DNA of 63,670 nt, the filler included, from Octopus bimaculoides (Eukaryota): the NCBI RefSeq assembly GCF_001194135.2. It is 6 parts of 6 records of this genome, joined end to end, with 100 filler letters (N's around TTAATTAATTAA, not from the genome) between each part and the next. Parts side by side here need not be neighbours in the genome. Positions count along the whole stretch, not along the records: positions 36,258 to 61,329 come from NC_068981.1; positions 61,430 to 63,670 come from NW_026348761.1; 4 more parts are not named here. One strand, 5' to 3'. Under the pieces are notes generated by a model. It was not told the origin of the DNA and did not search any database. It worked only from the letters and a program-made list of their open reading frames with translations. The position numbers and the translations under genes were made by a program. This document shows positions 50,546-62,450 of this stretch, piece by piece (the first letter of the stretch is position 1; the number at the start of each line of letters is the position of its first letter).

Positions 50546-50916
50546 ACACCACCGGCTCCGAATTAAGTAGCTATGTCACAGACATTGGCCTCCTTCTTGT
50601 TATATTATTTTAAACTAGTTACATTAATTTTGGTTTCTACAATCAAAGAGAACGAAGATCTCGGTTTTCTTACTTTTCTTTTCTTTCTTGTTGTTCCAAA
50701 TTTTGCATCAGACTTCATGCATTCTCCCTTCTCGTTTTTTCTCATATTCTCACATAGTCCAGAGTCCTAAACTTCAAAAACTCTAAAGTATGAACTGAGC
50801 CCGAAAGATTGTCTGGAGGTACATGGCGTGTTGTATAAATCTGGGAATTTAATGTATATTAGAGCATGAAACTACTAGTAGTTCATTTTGTAATTGTGTA
50901 TATTAAATTATATATA

Positions 50917-50969
<53 letters not shown>

Positions 50970-51174
50970 NNNNNNNNNNNNNNNNNNNNNNNNNNNNNNN
51001 NNNNNNNNNNNNNNNNNNNNNNNNNNNNNNNNNNNNNNNNNNNNNNNNNNNNNNNNNNNNNNNNNNNNNNNNNNNNNNNNNNNNNNNNNNNNNNNNNNNN
51101 NNNNNNNNNNNNNNNNNNNNNNNNNNNNNNNNNNNNNNNNNNNNNNNNNNNNNNNNNNNATATATATATATATA

Positions 51175-51344
51175 TATTACGGAGAGGTACTTGCACACTT
51201 GTACTGCAAGTGACCTGATCTGAGATCGTGCGCTGAAACAAAAACAAATGCAGCGTGGAAGGTGTTTATAAGCCATTTAAAAACACACAAAACGGTTAGA
51301 TTCCCTTCAACACTTGAATTTGTCAAAATATTTTCGTCGCTTTG
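51175..51344 (-). mobile_element. Hammerhead-bearing short repeat, 5'-truncated copy (3' half of ribozyme only)
   Basis: GCAGCGTGGAAGGTGTTTATAAGCCATTTAAAAACACACAAAA...TTGTCAAAATATTTTCGTCGCTTTG matches 3216-3315. Confidence 0.75.
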
Positions 51345-51518
51345 TGTGAGTAAATGTGTCTGAATGAGTGTGCACGTATGAGTATGTGTGTACTTGTACA
51401 TAGGCATAGTTAGGTTTATATTTGCATGTATATATCTAAGACTTTGTATCCGTTCACCGTTAGACGATGATGAGAGGGACATATATATATGTATATATAT
51501 ATAAGTATGTGTGTGTGC

Positions 51519-51550
<32 letters not shown>

Positions 51551-51715
51551 CTTTCGTCATATATACAACTTGAACAGACACACATACCAGTACATACGTT
51601 CACATGTACATACACATATACACACACACAGACACGTCTACACACTTACAGACTTAAATACTCGCATACATACATACATACATACATACATACTTATCGT
51701 AAACTAATTGTTACT

Positions 51716-51862
51716 TTATCAGATGAAGCACGGAAGTTCGTTAGTGAACAGGTCGCAGTTTCAAAGCGACGAAAATATTTTGACAAATTAAATTTAAATG
51801 TTGAAGTGAAGCTATCGGTTTTTGTGTGTTTTTATAAACATCTTCCATGCTGCAATTCTGTG
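51716..51862 (+). ncRNA. Hammerhead-bearing short repeat; putative minimal type-I hammerhead at 51737-51787
   Basis: TTCGTTA-GTGAACA-G-GTCGC-agtttcaaa-GCGAC-GAAA-ATATT-T-TGACAAA. Helix II is 5 bp perfect, helix III is the palindrome AATATT, and helix I has 6 of 7 positions paired (one G.U). Confidence 0.6.
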
Positions 51863-51959
51863 TATATATATNNNNNNNNNNNNNNNNNNNNNNNNNNTAT
51901 ATATATATATATATATATACAGTATATATATGGATAGACAGACAGAACGACAGACAGAC

Positions 51960-52019
<60 letters not shown>

Positions 52020-52668
52020 GATAGTGGGCATATATATATATATATTTACTCAAGCACAGACACCCACACACAAACAAATATACACGCACACACACATATG
52101 TATGAGTATATATGTATGTATGCAAACATTTACATATTTTTATAACCTTTTATAATTTTAATTCCTGGAATAAATACAACATTTACACACGTGTGTATGT
52201 TTGAAGAGGTTACAAATTTGCGATCGATAAAATCGGCACTATTAGTACTTTATTTTATCGATTTCGAAATAAAAAATGAAGTTTGGCAGGATCTAAATTG
52301 AGATCGTAAAAGTATGCTTCCTCTCTACTGATCACGTCAATGTGCCCGTTCATCTGTTTAAATTTTAGTTTGTACGCATTCACACGCATATATAAACATG
52401 TATATTTTTGATCTTTTATTTGTTTTAGTCATTAGGAATTCTAGTCGAACAAATCGACCAAATTTACAAGATAGAAATTTATTTTTCTTTCTTTCTTGTT
52501 GTTCCACATTTTACATCAGCATTCATTCATCTATTTAAGCCTGATACTTATTCTATTGGTCGCTTTGTCCGAACAGTTAATTTACTGGAAAGTAAACAAA
52601 CGCCGGTGTCACGTTCTGGTGAAGGACAAACACATACACAAAGAGACATACATGCATGTGCGCGCGCA

Positions 52669-52731
<63 letters not shown>

Positions 52732-53136
52732 TAGCACACCATATGTATGACGGAATTCTTTTAGTTTCTGACTACCAAATCAAACTAACAAAGTTTTGAT
52801 TGGCCGGGGCTATGGTAAAAGAAACTTAGCCAAGGTGCCACGGAATACGACTGAACCTGGAACCACGTGGTTGAGAAGCAAACTTACCACACAGCTAAAT
52901 ACGTAAGTCAAAACATAGGGTTAACCATACCTAGGGACAGAGTTTATTTCAACGAATTGACGCTCTGTATCCTACAGATATTTCTCTCTCTGTTGGTCTG
53001 GAAAGATGCAAAACATAATTATCTTCCACAATCAATAATTAACGTACCAGTAATACATACTGCAAAGTCACTTAGCTAAAACTTTTTCTGATTTTGAAAA
53101 CGTATAAATAAACGTATGACATCGTCGTCGTCGTCG

Positions 53137-53192
<56 letters not shown>

Positions 53193-53270
53193 GCTGTTGT
53201 TATTATCATCATCATCATCATCATCATCATCGTCATCATCATCATCATCACCATCATCATCATCATGATT

Positions 53271-53776
53271 GAGTGACATGATGGCAGCGCATGCCATCAA
53301 AGTGCCAATGGAGTTCAAATGTACTAAATGCACTTTACCCATCATCACTACCCGTCTAGTAAGTGTACACCAGGCACATGTATCACAATCGTATGTGCAA
53401 GACATGGTGGCCTCGTACCAAGATAAACAGCTCATAACCTTGCAGGTGGGGCCCGGTTACAATTTTCTTATGTCGAGTAGCGCATTCCGCTCATAAGGAC
53501 CCTAGGGAAGAGTTGTTTAAGGATGTTGAACGAAACACCTATGTTACTTGAGGGATTATCCAAACCCCAAAGAATTGCACTAAACGCATGGTTATGATGC
53601 TCCCCTACTACACCTGCTCGTGATCAGATATGCACATATCGTCAACCACTAAGAGGTATATTCAACTGGTTGTGGCATTGAGCAGCATATTTACTGTAGC
53701 CCGTCTTTTACACCAAAACAAAACATACATTTTAACAGTAAGGATCAGATGGCACGTGGAGCCACTGCCTGGTACT
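53271..53776. mobile_element. E560 repeat, inverted relative to 362-920, flanked by triplet microsatellites
   Basis: Reverse-complement homology along most of its length; CpGs better preserved than in the left copy. Confidence 0.8.
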
Positions 53777-53778
53777 AA

Positions 53779-53856
<78 letters not shown>

Positions 53857-53859
<3 letters not shown>

Positions 53860-53976
53860 TAGTTTTATTTTTATAACGTGCTTTCACTTCACTACCGAGC
53901 GCAGCTCTGTGCGCCTTGGGTATGTGCTGTGGTTTGCTGTGATGCTCTTATGGTTACTGTATTGAAAGTGTTTTGC

Positions 53977-53978
<2 letters not shown>
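53857..53978 (-). mobile_element. 122-bp 5'-truncated R4/Dong 3' end embedded in (AAT)n on both sides
   Basis: Reverse complement of ~167-292 (ACGCAAAACACTTTCAATACAGTAA...ATAAAAATAAAACTACTGAA). Confidence 0.9.
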
Positions 53979-54009
<31 letters not shown>

Positions 54010-54013
<4 letters not shown>

Positions 54014-54211
54014 CGTCGACCGGGCAGAATCATTAGCACAATGGACGAAATGCTTAATGGTATTTCGCCCATCGCTACGTTCTGAGTTCAAATGCCACCG
54101 AGGTCGACTTTACTTTTCATCCTTTCGGGGTCGATAAATTTAGTGCCAGTGAAATAATGGAGTCGAAATAATCAACAAAATTTCAGAACCTTTGTCCCTA
54201 TGGTAGAAAGG

Positions 54212-54277
<66 letters not shown>

Positions 54278-54491
54278 GTTATTATTATTGTTATTATTAT
54301 TAAGGCGTCGAGCTGGTAGAATCGTTAGCACGATGGACGAAACGCTTAGGGGTATTTTGCCCGTCGCTACGTTCTGAGTTCAAATTCTGCTTAGGTCGAC
54401 TTCGGGGTCGATAAACTAAGTTCCAGTCAAGTACAGGGGTCGATGTGATCGACACCGAAAGTGTCAGGCCTTGTGCTATAAAATAGATAGG

Positions 54492-54527
<36 letters not shown>

Positions 54528-54845
54528 TTCTTTGTTTGCACGACTTTGATGTAACCACACATTCTATTTATCCTGTATTGTCCACAATGTTTTTTTTTTT
54601 TTAATGTAAACCCTTTGTTGTTAATAAAGAAATAGTAATTATCATTATCATTTACAAGATAAGTTAGTAAGCTGGATAAAAATGCTTGGCGGCGTTTCAT
54701 CTGTCTTTACGTTCTGGGTCGACTTTACCTTTCATTCGTTCGGGGTCGATAAATTATGTACTAGTCATGTACTATACTTGATGTGATCGACTATGCCGTT
54801 CCTCCTAATTTCAGGCCTTATAGCCATGTGCCTGTAGTAGACAGT
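54010..54845 (+). mobile_element. Three SINE family A copies (~54010-54215, 54300-54495, 54665-54845); the first two joined by (ATT)n
   Basis: Shared body TACGTTCTG...GGTCGACTT...TTCGGGGTCGATAAA and ATT tails; the B-box GAGTTCAAAT is present in the first two copies. Confidence 0.85.
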
Positions 54846-55287
54846 ATTATTATCATTATTAAAGTACCTGATTATCAGAATCGTCCAATCGAGTGACAAA
54901 ATACTCGCTAGTATATATTCCTATTACTTTTTTTCTGCACTTTCTTTTATGCTCGATTGTCGATAAAGTAAGATACCAGTGATGTATTATTGTTCTTATG
55001 ATCGATTCATCCGGCTCCTTGGATATTTGGACGTGTCACTGTTAGTAACAGTTATTGTTTTATTAATATAAAAAAAAGTAACAAAAATTGGAATAATTTA
55101 TTACTCATAAACGAAATAATTATTGCTTGTAATAATTGTTGCTCCAGGAACAACTTTTCAAAGTTATAATAACTATATTAATGTTTTAGATATAAAGTAA
55201 CAACCTTCCAAGAACAATTAGGAAACTAAATGAGAATACGGAAAAGAAAACAAAGGTACATAGTATGTGACTGTATATACAGTGAGC

Positions 55288-55325
<38 letters not shown>

Positions 55326-56004
55326 NNNNNNNNNNNNNNNNNNNNNNNNNNNNNNNNNNNNNNNNNNNNNNNNNNNNNNNNNNNNNNNNNNNNNNNNNNN
55401 NNNNNNNNNNNNNNNNNNNNNNNNNNNNNNNNNNNNNNNNNNNNNNNNNNNNNNNNNNNNNNNNNNNNNNNNNNNNNNNNNNNNNNNNNNNNNNNNNNNN
55501 NNNNNNNNNNNNNNNNNNNNNNNNNNNNNNNNNNNNNNNNNNNNNNNNNNNNNNNNNNNNNNNNNNNNNNNNNNNNNNNNNNNNNNNNNNNNNNNNNNNN
55601 NNNNNNNNNNNNNNNNNNNNNNNNNNNNNNNNNNNNNNNNNNNNNNNNNNNNNNNNNNNNNNNNNNNNNNNNNNNNNNNNNNNNNNNNNNNNNNNNNNNN
55701 NNNNNNNNNNNNNNNNNNNNNNNNNNNNNNNNNNNNNNNNNNNNNNNNNNNNNNNNNNNNNNNNNNNNNNNNNNNNNNNNNNNNNNNNNNNNNNNNNNNN
55801 NNNNNNNNNNNNNNNNNNNNNNNNNNNNNNNNNNNNNNNNNNNNNNNNNNNNNNNNNNNNNNNNNNNNNNNNNNNNNNNNNNNNNNNNATAATACAAATG
55901 ATATATGAGCATATGCATGTATACATACATATATGTACATACCTACATATATATATGTCATGCATATACTCATATATTGTTTATATATATATATATTTAT
56001 ATAT

Positions 56005-56068
<64 letters not shown>

Positions 56069-56822
56069 TGTATGTATGTATTTCTTCTGTGTTTAACAGA
56101 GAAGTTCAAATAATGAAAACAAAAGTTTTAGACAGAAATTATAAATTAGCCATGTTAAAATAGAAAGTGAACGTTAACATGATAATAAAAAACGAAAATA
56201 AGCTGATCAACATTTCTTACCTAGTGTAGATAGTAATATAAACAAGATTACATAGAAATTTGGCAGTTTGATGCTAGTTTCCATTCCGAGCTTCCGTCTT
56301 CTATTTGACGACCGTGCATTTTATCTGAACGACAAAATCCGTTATTGCAAATATATATGTATATACATATATATATATTTATATTATCTGTGTGTACGTA
56401 AATGTATGTCTTTGTATCTTTACAGCATGGTGTTTTTCTTGTAAATTATATGTATTGTTGTTCTTTCTTTTCTCTTCTTTTTCCCCTAATTCTTCTCATA
56501 TATTCATACACGTATCCGCTTTGTTATTATTATGCAACCTTTTTATTATTTGTTTTTTCCTCCTACTTTTCAACCGTAATATCAGAAGAAGAGAAAACAT
56601 AGATATTCTTAAACATTTACTGAAAGGTAATATAGTTTTCTTTTTTTCTCGACATGCTGTAAAGGTAAATATATATAAACATATATAAATAAATATATGA
56701 ATGTGTTTTTAAACAGTAGTCAAGCATTTGGATTTGTTCCGAAAATCTGCAGTTAGAGTATCATCAAAACCATAGTAATGATGATTATCATTAGATGTAG
56801 TAGTAGTAGTAGCAGCAGCAGC

Positions 56823-56874
<52 letters not shown>

Positions 56875-57198
56875 TTAAGGTGGTTGTGATAATCGTTGGT
56901 AGTTAAAAGTGACTTTTCTGGCAGCACCGGCAGTTGTGGAAGTGATGGTGTTGGTGGTGGTAAAGGCGGTAGTGGTGGTTACGGAGGGGGCGCTCGTTGT
57001 AGTTGTAGTAGTCGTGGTGATAGTGGTGGTGGTGGTGGTGGTAGTGGAGGTTATAGAGTTGGTATTGTTTATGATGGTGGTGGTGACGACGCCAGATTTT
57101 GTTTACATTTTCTGTTTCAAAGTATTGCTTTCCTTCTCGTCTAATTCAGAAGCATGTTATAATGATGCAAGTTTCTTTTCATATCCTATATGTGTGTG

Positions 57199-57246
<48 letters not shown>

Positions 57247-58133
57247 TGTGTGTGTGTGTGTGTGATTGTGTGTGTGGAGAGAGAGAGCGAGAAAAAGAGA
57301 GAAGATGCATGCATTCATATATGTGTCACCGTGTTTGTGTGTTTCTTTAGTAGTACAACACACGTGTCTGCTTGTGTTTGCATATAATTACGTGTTCGTG
57401 TTGGTGTGCGCGTGCGCGTGAGTGTGTACTAATGTGTACCTACTTCTGTTTGTGCGTGTGTGTATAACATATTGCGCGTGTGTGATGTATATTATGCGCA
57501 TTCATGTGAATGGATGTTCGAGTTTGTGTGCACGGGGTCTATATTTGCATGCACCCCAACCACTGTACTTTCAGCAATGCGGTGCCCCCCCCCCCGCTCG
57601 TCTCTCCCACTGACTAATTGTGTATTATATACACCATTGTATGTATCTATGTGTATGTATGAGCGGATGTTTGATAATGCGTGTGTATATAACTTCCATG
57701 TCTTGTGCATGTAGTTGTGTGTATTACCGTTTGTTGTCGTGTGCATATATGCGTATATATATATNNNNNNNNNNNNNNNNNNNNNNNNNNNNNNNNNNNN
57801 NNNNNNNNNNNNNNNNNNNNNNNNNNNNNNNNNNNNNNNNNNNNNNNNNNNNNNNNNNNNNNNNNNNNNNNNNNNNNNNNNNNNNNNNNNNNNNNNNNNN
57901 NNNNNNNNNNNNNNNNNNNNNNNNNNNNNNNNNNNNNNNNNNNNNNNNNNNNNNNNNNNNNNNNNNNNNNNNNNNNNNNNNNNNNNNNNNNNNNNNNNNN
58001 NNNNNNNNNNNNNNNNNNNNNNNNNNNNNNNNNNNNNNNNNNNNNNNNNNNNNNNNNNNNNNNNNNNNNNNNNNNNNNNNNNNNNNNNNNNNNNNNNNNN
58101 NNNNNNNNNNATATATATATATATGCATATATA

Positions 58134-58286
58134 CGACAGGCTTCTTTCGGTTTCCGTCTACCAAATCCACTCACAAGGCTTTAGTCGGCCTGAGGCTATA
58201 GTAGAAGACACTTGCCCAAGGTGCCACGCAGTCGGACTGAACCCAGAACCATGTTGCTGGTAAGCAAGCTACTTACCACACAGCCA
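58134..58286 (-). mobile_element. SINE family B 5' half, CpG-retaining
   Basis: TTTCGGTTTCCGTCTACCAAATCCACTCACAAGG...GGTGCCACGCAGTCGGACTGAACCC...TTACCACACAGCCA. Confidence 0.85.
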
Positions 58287-58889
58287 CTCCTATATATATA
58301 TATGCGTGTGTGTGTGAAAAAGAATTGATAATATTTATTTATACATATCTATAAGGCGGTGTTCCAGCATTGCCGCAGACAAACGACTGAAACAAATAAA
58401 GGAATAAAAGAATAAAAGAATAACGCTATTCGCGAACATATACACACACAGGTTTGTGTGTTGTATTGTGAACGTATGTAAATGTATTTACTTATACTAT
58501 GCGTTTTGTGTTTTGCGACCGCGATATATGCGTCGATATGCGTTACTAAGATACGTATTGGTCGCTATTTTACAAACGTGGATTTGCCACTAAATTTTTC
58601 TATAGATTCGTCTCCAACAGCAACTAACAATAACTAACTCTGCTGTTTGTCGATTTATCTATTTTTCTTTTCTAGCTCTTTTTCTTCTTCATTCCTTTCC
58701 TCCCATCCACTCAACTTCACAAAGCACTCTGTCTCTCTCTCATCTCTCCCTCTTTCTCGTCTCTTCTCTTTCAACCTTTCGCACTATTTATCTGTTCATT
58801 CTCTCACACTCTTTCTCTCTCTTCCCATCCTCTCTCTATATCTCTCTCTCTCTCTCTCTCTTCCCATCCTCTCTCTCTCTCTCTCTTCC

Positions 58890-58946
<57 letters not shown>

Positions 58947-59270
58947 ATTTTTTCTACCTAATGTTCCATATTCTTTTTACATATTCTTTTCTGTAATCAT
59001 AACCATGTCTGAAGTATTTATATATGTTGTATGTATGTCTGCATGTATGCATACTCTACGCATGTTCTTGTTTTTATCTTTTCAATTTTGAGTAATTTTC
59101 GACCGGCCACCAACTTGGTAGCAAGGATGTGAAGGAAAGCATCTTGTTTTATGCATCATCCTTTAAATCTTAAGAAGGTCTAATATATTGTGATCATGAG
59201 TACATACATGTACGAATGTATGTATGTATTTATGTAGGCATGTATCTATGTATGAATGCATGTATGTTTG

Positions 59271-59336
<66 letters not shown>

Positions 59337-59925
59337 AAAATGTGTACAAATACATAAATACACACACATATGTGTATGTATATATTTTTATACATCTATA
59401 TATACACACATATANNNNNNNNNNNNNNNNNNNNNNNNNNNNNNNNNNNNNNNNNNNNNNNNNNNNNNNNNNNNNNNNNNNNNNNNNNNNNNNNNNNNNN
59501 NNNNNNNNNNNNNNNNNNNNNNNNNNNNNNNNNNNNNNNNNNNNNNNNNNNNNNNNNNNNNNNNNNNNNNNNNNNNNNNNNNNNNNNNNNNNNNNNNNNN
59601 NNNNNNNNNNNNNNNNNNNNNNNNNNNNNNNNNNNNNNNNNNNNNNNNNNNNNNNNNNNNNNNNNNNNNNNNNNNNNNNNNNNNNNNNNNNNNNNNNNNN
59701 NNNNNNNNNNNNNNNNNNNNNNNNNNNNNNNNNNNNNNNNNNNNNNNNNNNNNNNNNNNNNTGGGGACAACGATGAAAAAAAACATCGCAAAACGTTTGG
59801 GGTATTTACAAAAAATACGAAATAATACAAAAAATTCCCAATAAATGGGGAGGTTATCCGTGGAAAGAAAAACCTACGAAAAGACCACGGTAACCTCGGT
59901 CTTTAGCGTCACAGTTTGTTAAATA

Positions 59926-60005
<80 letters not shown>

Positions 60006-60279
60006 TGTGAGAGTCATATGCATTTTCATTGCTTTGTTTTCCCATCTTTATCAATTAATCTATTTTTATTTATATTTCCTATATTGACTTTATTCATGTG
60101 TACATGTGTTGCCTTCTTGTATGTCTCGTTGTTGGTTTTTCACTATTTCAATTTTCCTTATTGTTTTTGCTTTTCCTTCCTTACTGTCTTTCTCTTTTTT
60201 GTCTCTCCATCTTTCTCTTACCTTTCTGTCTGCATCTCTCTTCCCCTCTCTCTCACTCTCCATTTATCTATCTATCTAA

Positions 60280-60337
<58 letters not shown>

Positions 60338-60578
60338 CGCTTGTTCTCCTTTTACCCCATATCCGTCTTTCAGTTTCTTACTTGAGAACATTGAATTAAG
60401 AAAACCAATATCAGAATTGTATGCAACACCTTTTCTATCGAGAACAAACTACAAACGTCCGATCTGCGAAAGTTAATTGTTTCTTTTTTCTGGAGGCTAT
60501 ACATAAATCTGCATGTATGTATATTTAGATCCATCATATATATATGTGTGTGTGTGTGCGTGTGTGTGTGTGTATGTC

Positions 60579-60609
<31 letters not shown>

Positions 60610-60716
60610 ACACACATGCGTATGTATGTATGCATGTACATTATGGACGCATGTCTGTGTGTATATATGTATGTATGATTACATGTATGTATGTGCATGT
60701 GTGCAACCGCACGTGT

Positions 60717-60802
<86 letters not shown>

Positions 60803-60896
60803 GTGTGTGGGTGTAAGCATGCGTGCACGGAGGGGGATTTTTTTACATGGAAGTCTGCGTAAATCTTACTGTATGGCTCTTTGGAAAGTTTCTTAC

Positions 60897-60959
60897 CCTA
60901 AAATCTTGGGTAGACGAAATCATTAAGAGTTGAATTAGGTGTTGAAACAGTGCTGAAGC
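60897..60959 (-). other. Candidate 63-nt phase-0 exon (ASALFQHLIQLLMISSTQDFR)
   Basis: ctgcctgtctgacAG|GCTTCA...TTTTAGG|GTAAGA; open and a multiple of three, in unique sequence. No homology recognised. Confidence 0.2.
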
Positions 60960-61665
60960 CTGTCAGACAGGCAGTACTTGTAGAATAAACACAATCTATC
61001 ACGATGATTCGGAATGACAATGACGTTAACAGTGCACGTGTACATGGAATACTCAGCCATATATTCTGTAATTGGGAAAGTTTTTAGATCTGTTGATTCG
61101 GCAACTAGAACGCTACTTATCTAAAGCAACGCAGATTCATTAAATTTTGTTATAAATGTATATGTGTAAGAATGTATGTGTGAGTGTGTGTACAAACAGA
61201 CACACAGTCACACATATAACCGAAGTATAACTAAACTAATTGAAATAACTCAGAGTGGCCAGTGGAATATATATATAAGTTAGCTTACCAATTATTGTTG
61301 GTAGTTAATTTATAATATATATATATATANNNNNNNNNNNNNNNNNNNNNNNNNNNNNNNNNNNNNNNNNNNNTTAATTAATTAANNNNNNNNNNNNNNN
61401 NNNNNNNNNNNNNNNNNNNNNNNNNNNNNGAAGAAGAAGAAGAAGAAGAAGAAGAAGAAGAAGAAGAAGAAGGGAAAATGAGAAAAAATTAGAGGATAAA
61501 AAAAGAGAAAGAGTAGAACGTTGTGTTTAAGGAGTTCGCTTCTCAATTCTACAGTCGTTTTAGTGGGTGGGGACGTGGGTTCAATCTCACAGCATGACAC
61601 ATTAAGGTACATACATACGTACATACATGCATATATATACGTGTATGCGTGCGTGTGTGTGTGTA

Positions 61666-61697
<32 letters not shown>

Positions 61698-61778
61698 TGT
61701 GTGTATGTGTGAGTGAATGTGTATGTGTGAGTGAGCGTGTATGTGAGTGTGTTTGTGTGTGTGTGTGTGAGTGTGTTT

Positions 61779-61880
<102 letters not shown>

Positions 61881-62055
61881 ACATACAAAAAAATACACAA
61901 AGTTTTAACGGTGAATGTGAGAGAAGTGAATACAACTATAATTAATAGCATTTGATATTTTGAGTTACAAAAGCAACACTCAAATGAAATAAGAAAAATG
62001 GCCATAAGGTATCCACCGCATTGTAGCCTGTGGGCAGCCTTCGGCCATGTTGTGA

Positions 62056-62275
62056 TGGCGATGAGTTAGTAGAATCGTTAGCACACCGGTAAAATACTTA
62101 GCGGCATTTCGTCCGTTTTTACGTTCTGTGTTCAAATTCCGCCAATGTCGACTTTGCCTTTCATCCTTTCGGGGTCGATAAAATAAGTACCAATTGAGCA
62201 CTGCAGTCAGTGTAATCAATTTAGCCCCTCCCCACAAACCTGCTAGCTTTATGCCAAAATTTAAGATCAAATCAA
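62056..62275 (+). mobile_element. SINE family A copy
   Basis: AGAATCGTTAGCACACCGG...GTTCAAATTCCGCC...GCCTTTCATCCTTTCGGGGTCGATAAAATAAGTACC. Confidence 0.85.
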
Positions 62276-62415
62276 TATATTGCATGTTATTTATTATTCG
62301 TTGCCGTATCAACTTCGAGATTCACCGCTAAAATACTTTTTCATAATTTTCCGAACCTTTTACATTTTCGCGCTCACGCAAGTGTGTGTGTGTGTGAGCG
62401 CGAGTGTGTATATAA

Positions 62416-62450
<35 letters not shown>

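Noticed and set aside
56221-56325. Minus-strand acceptor with KMHGRQIEDGSSEWKLASNCQIS and downstream donor AG|GTAAGA
   Set aside because: No frame stays open to the strong donor; the nearer donor is weak.
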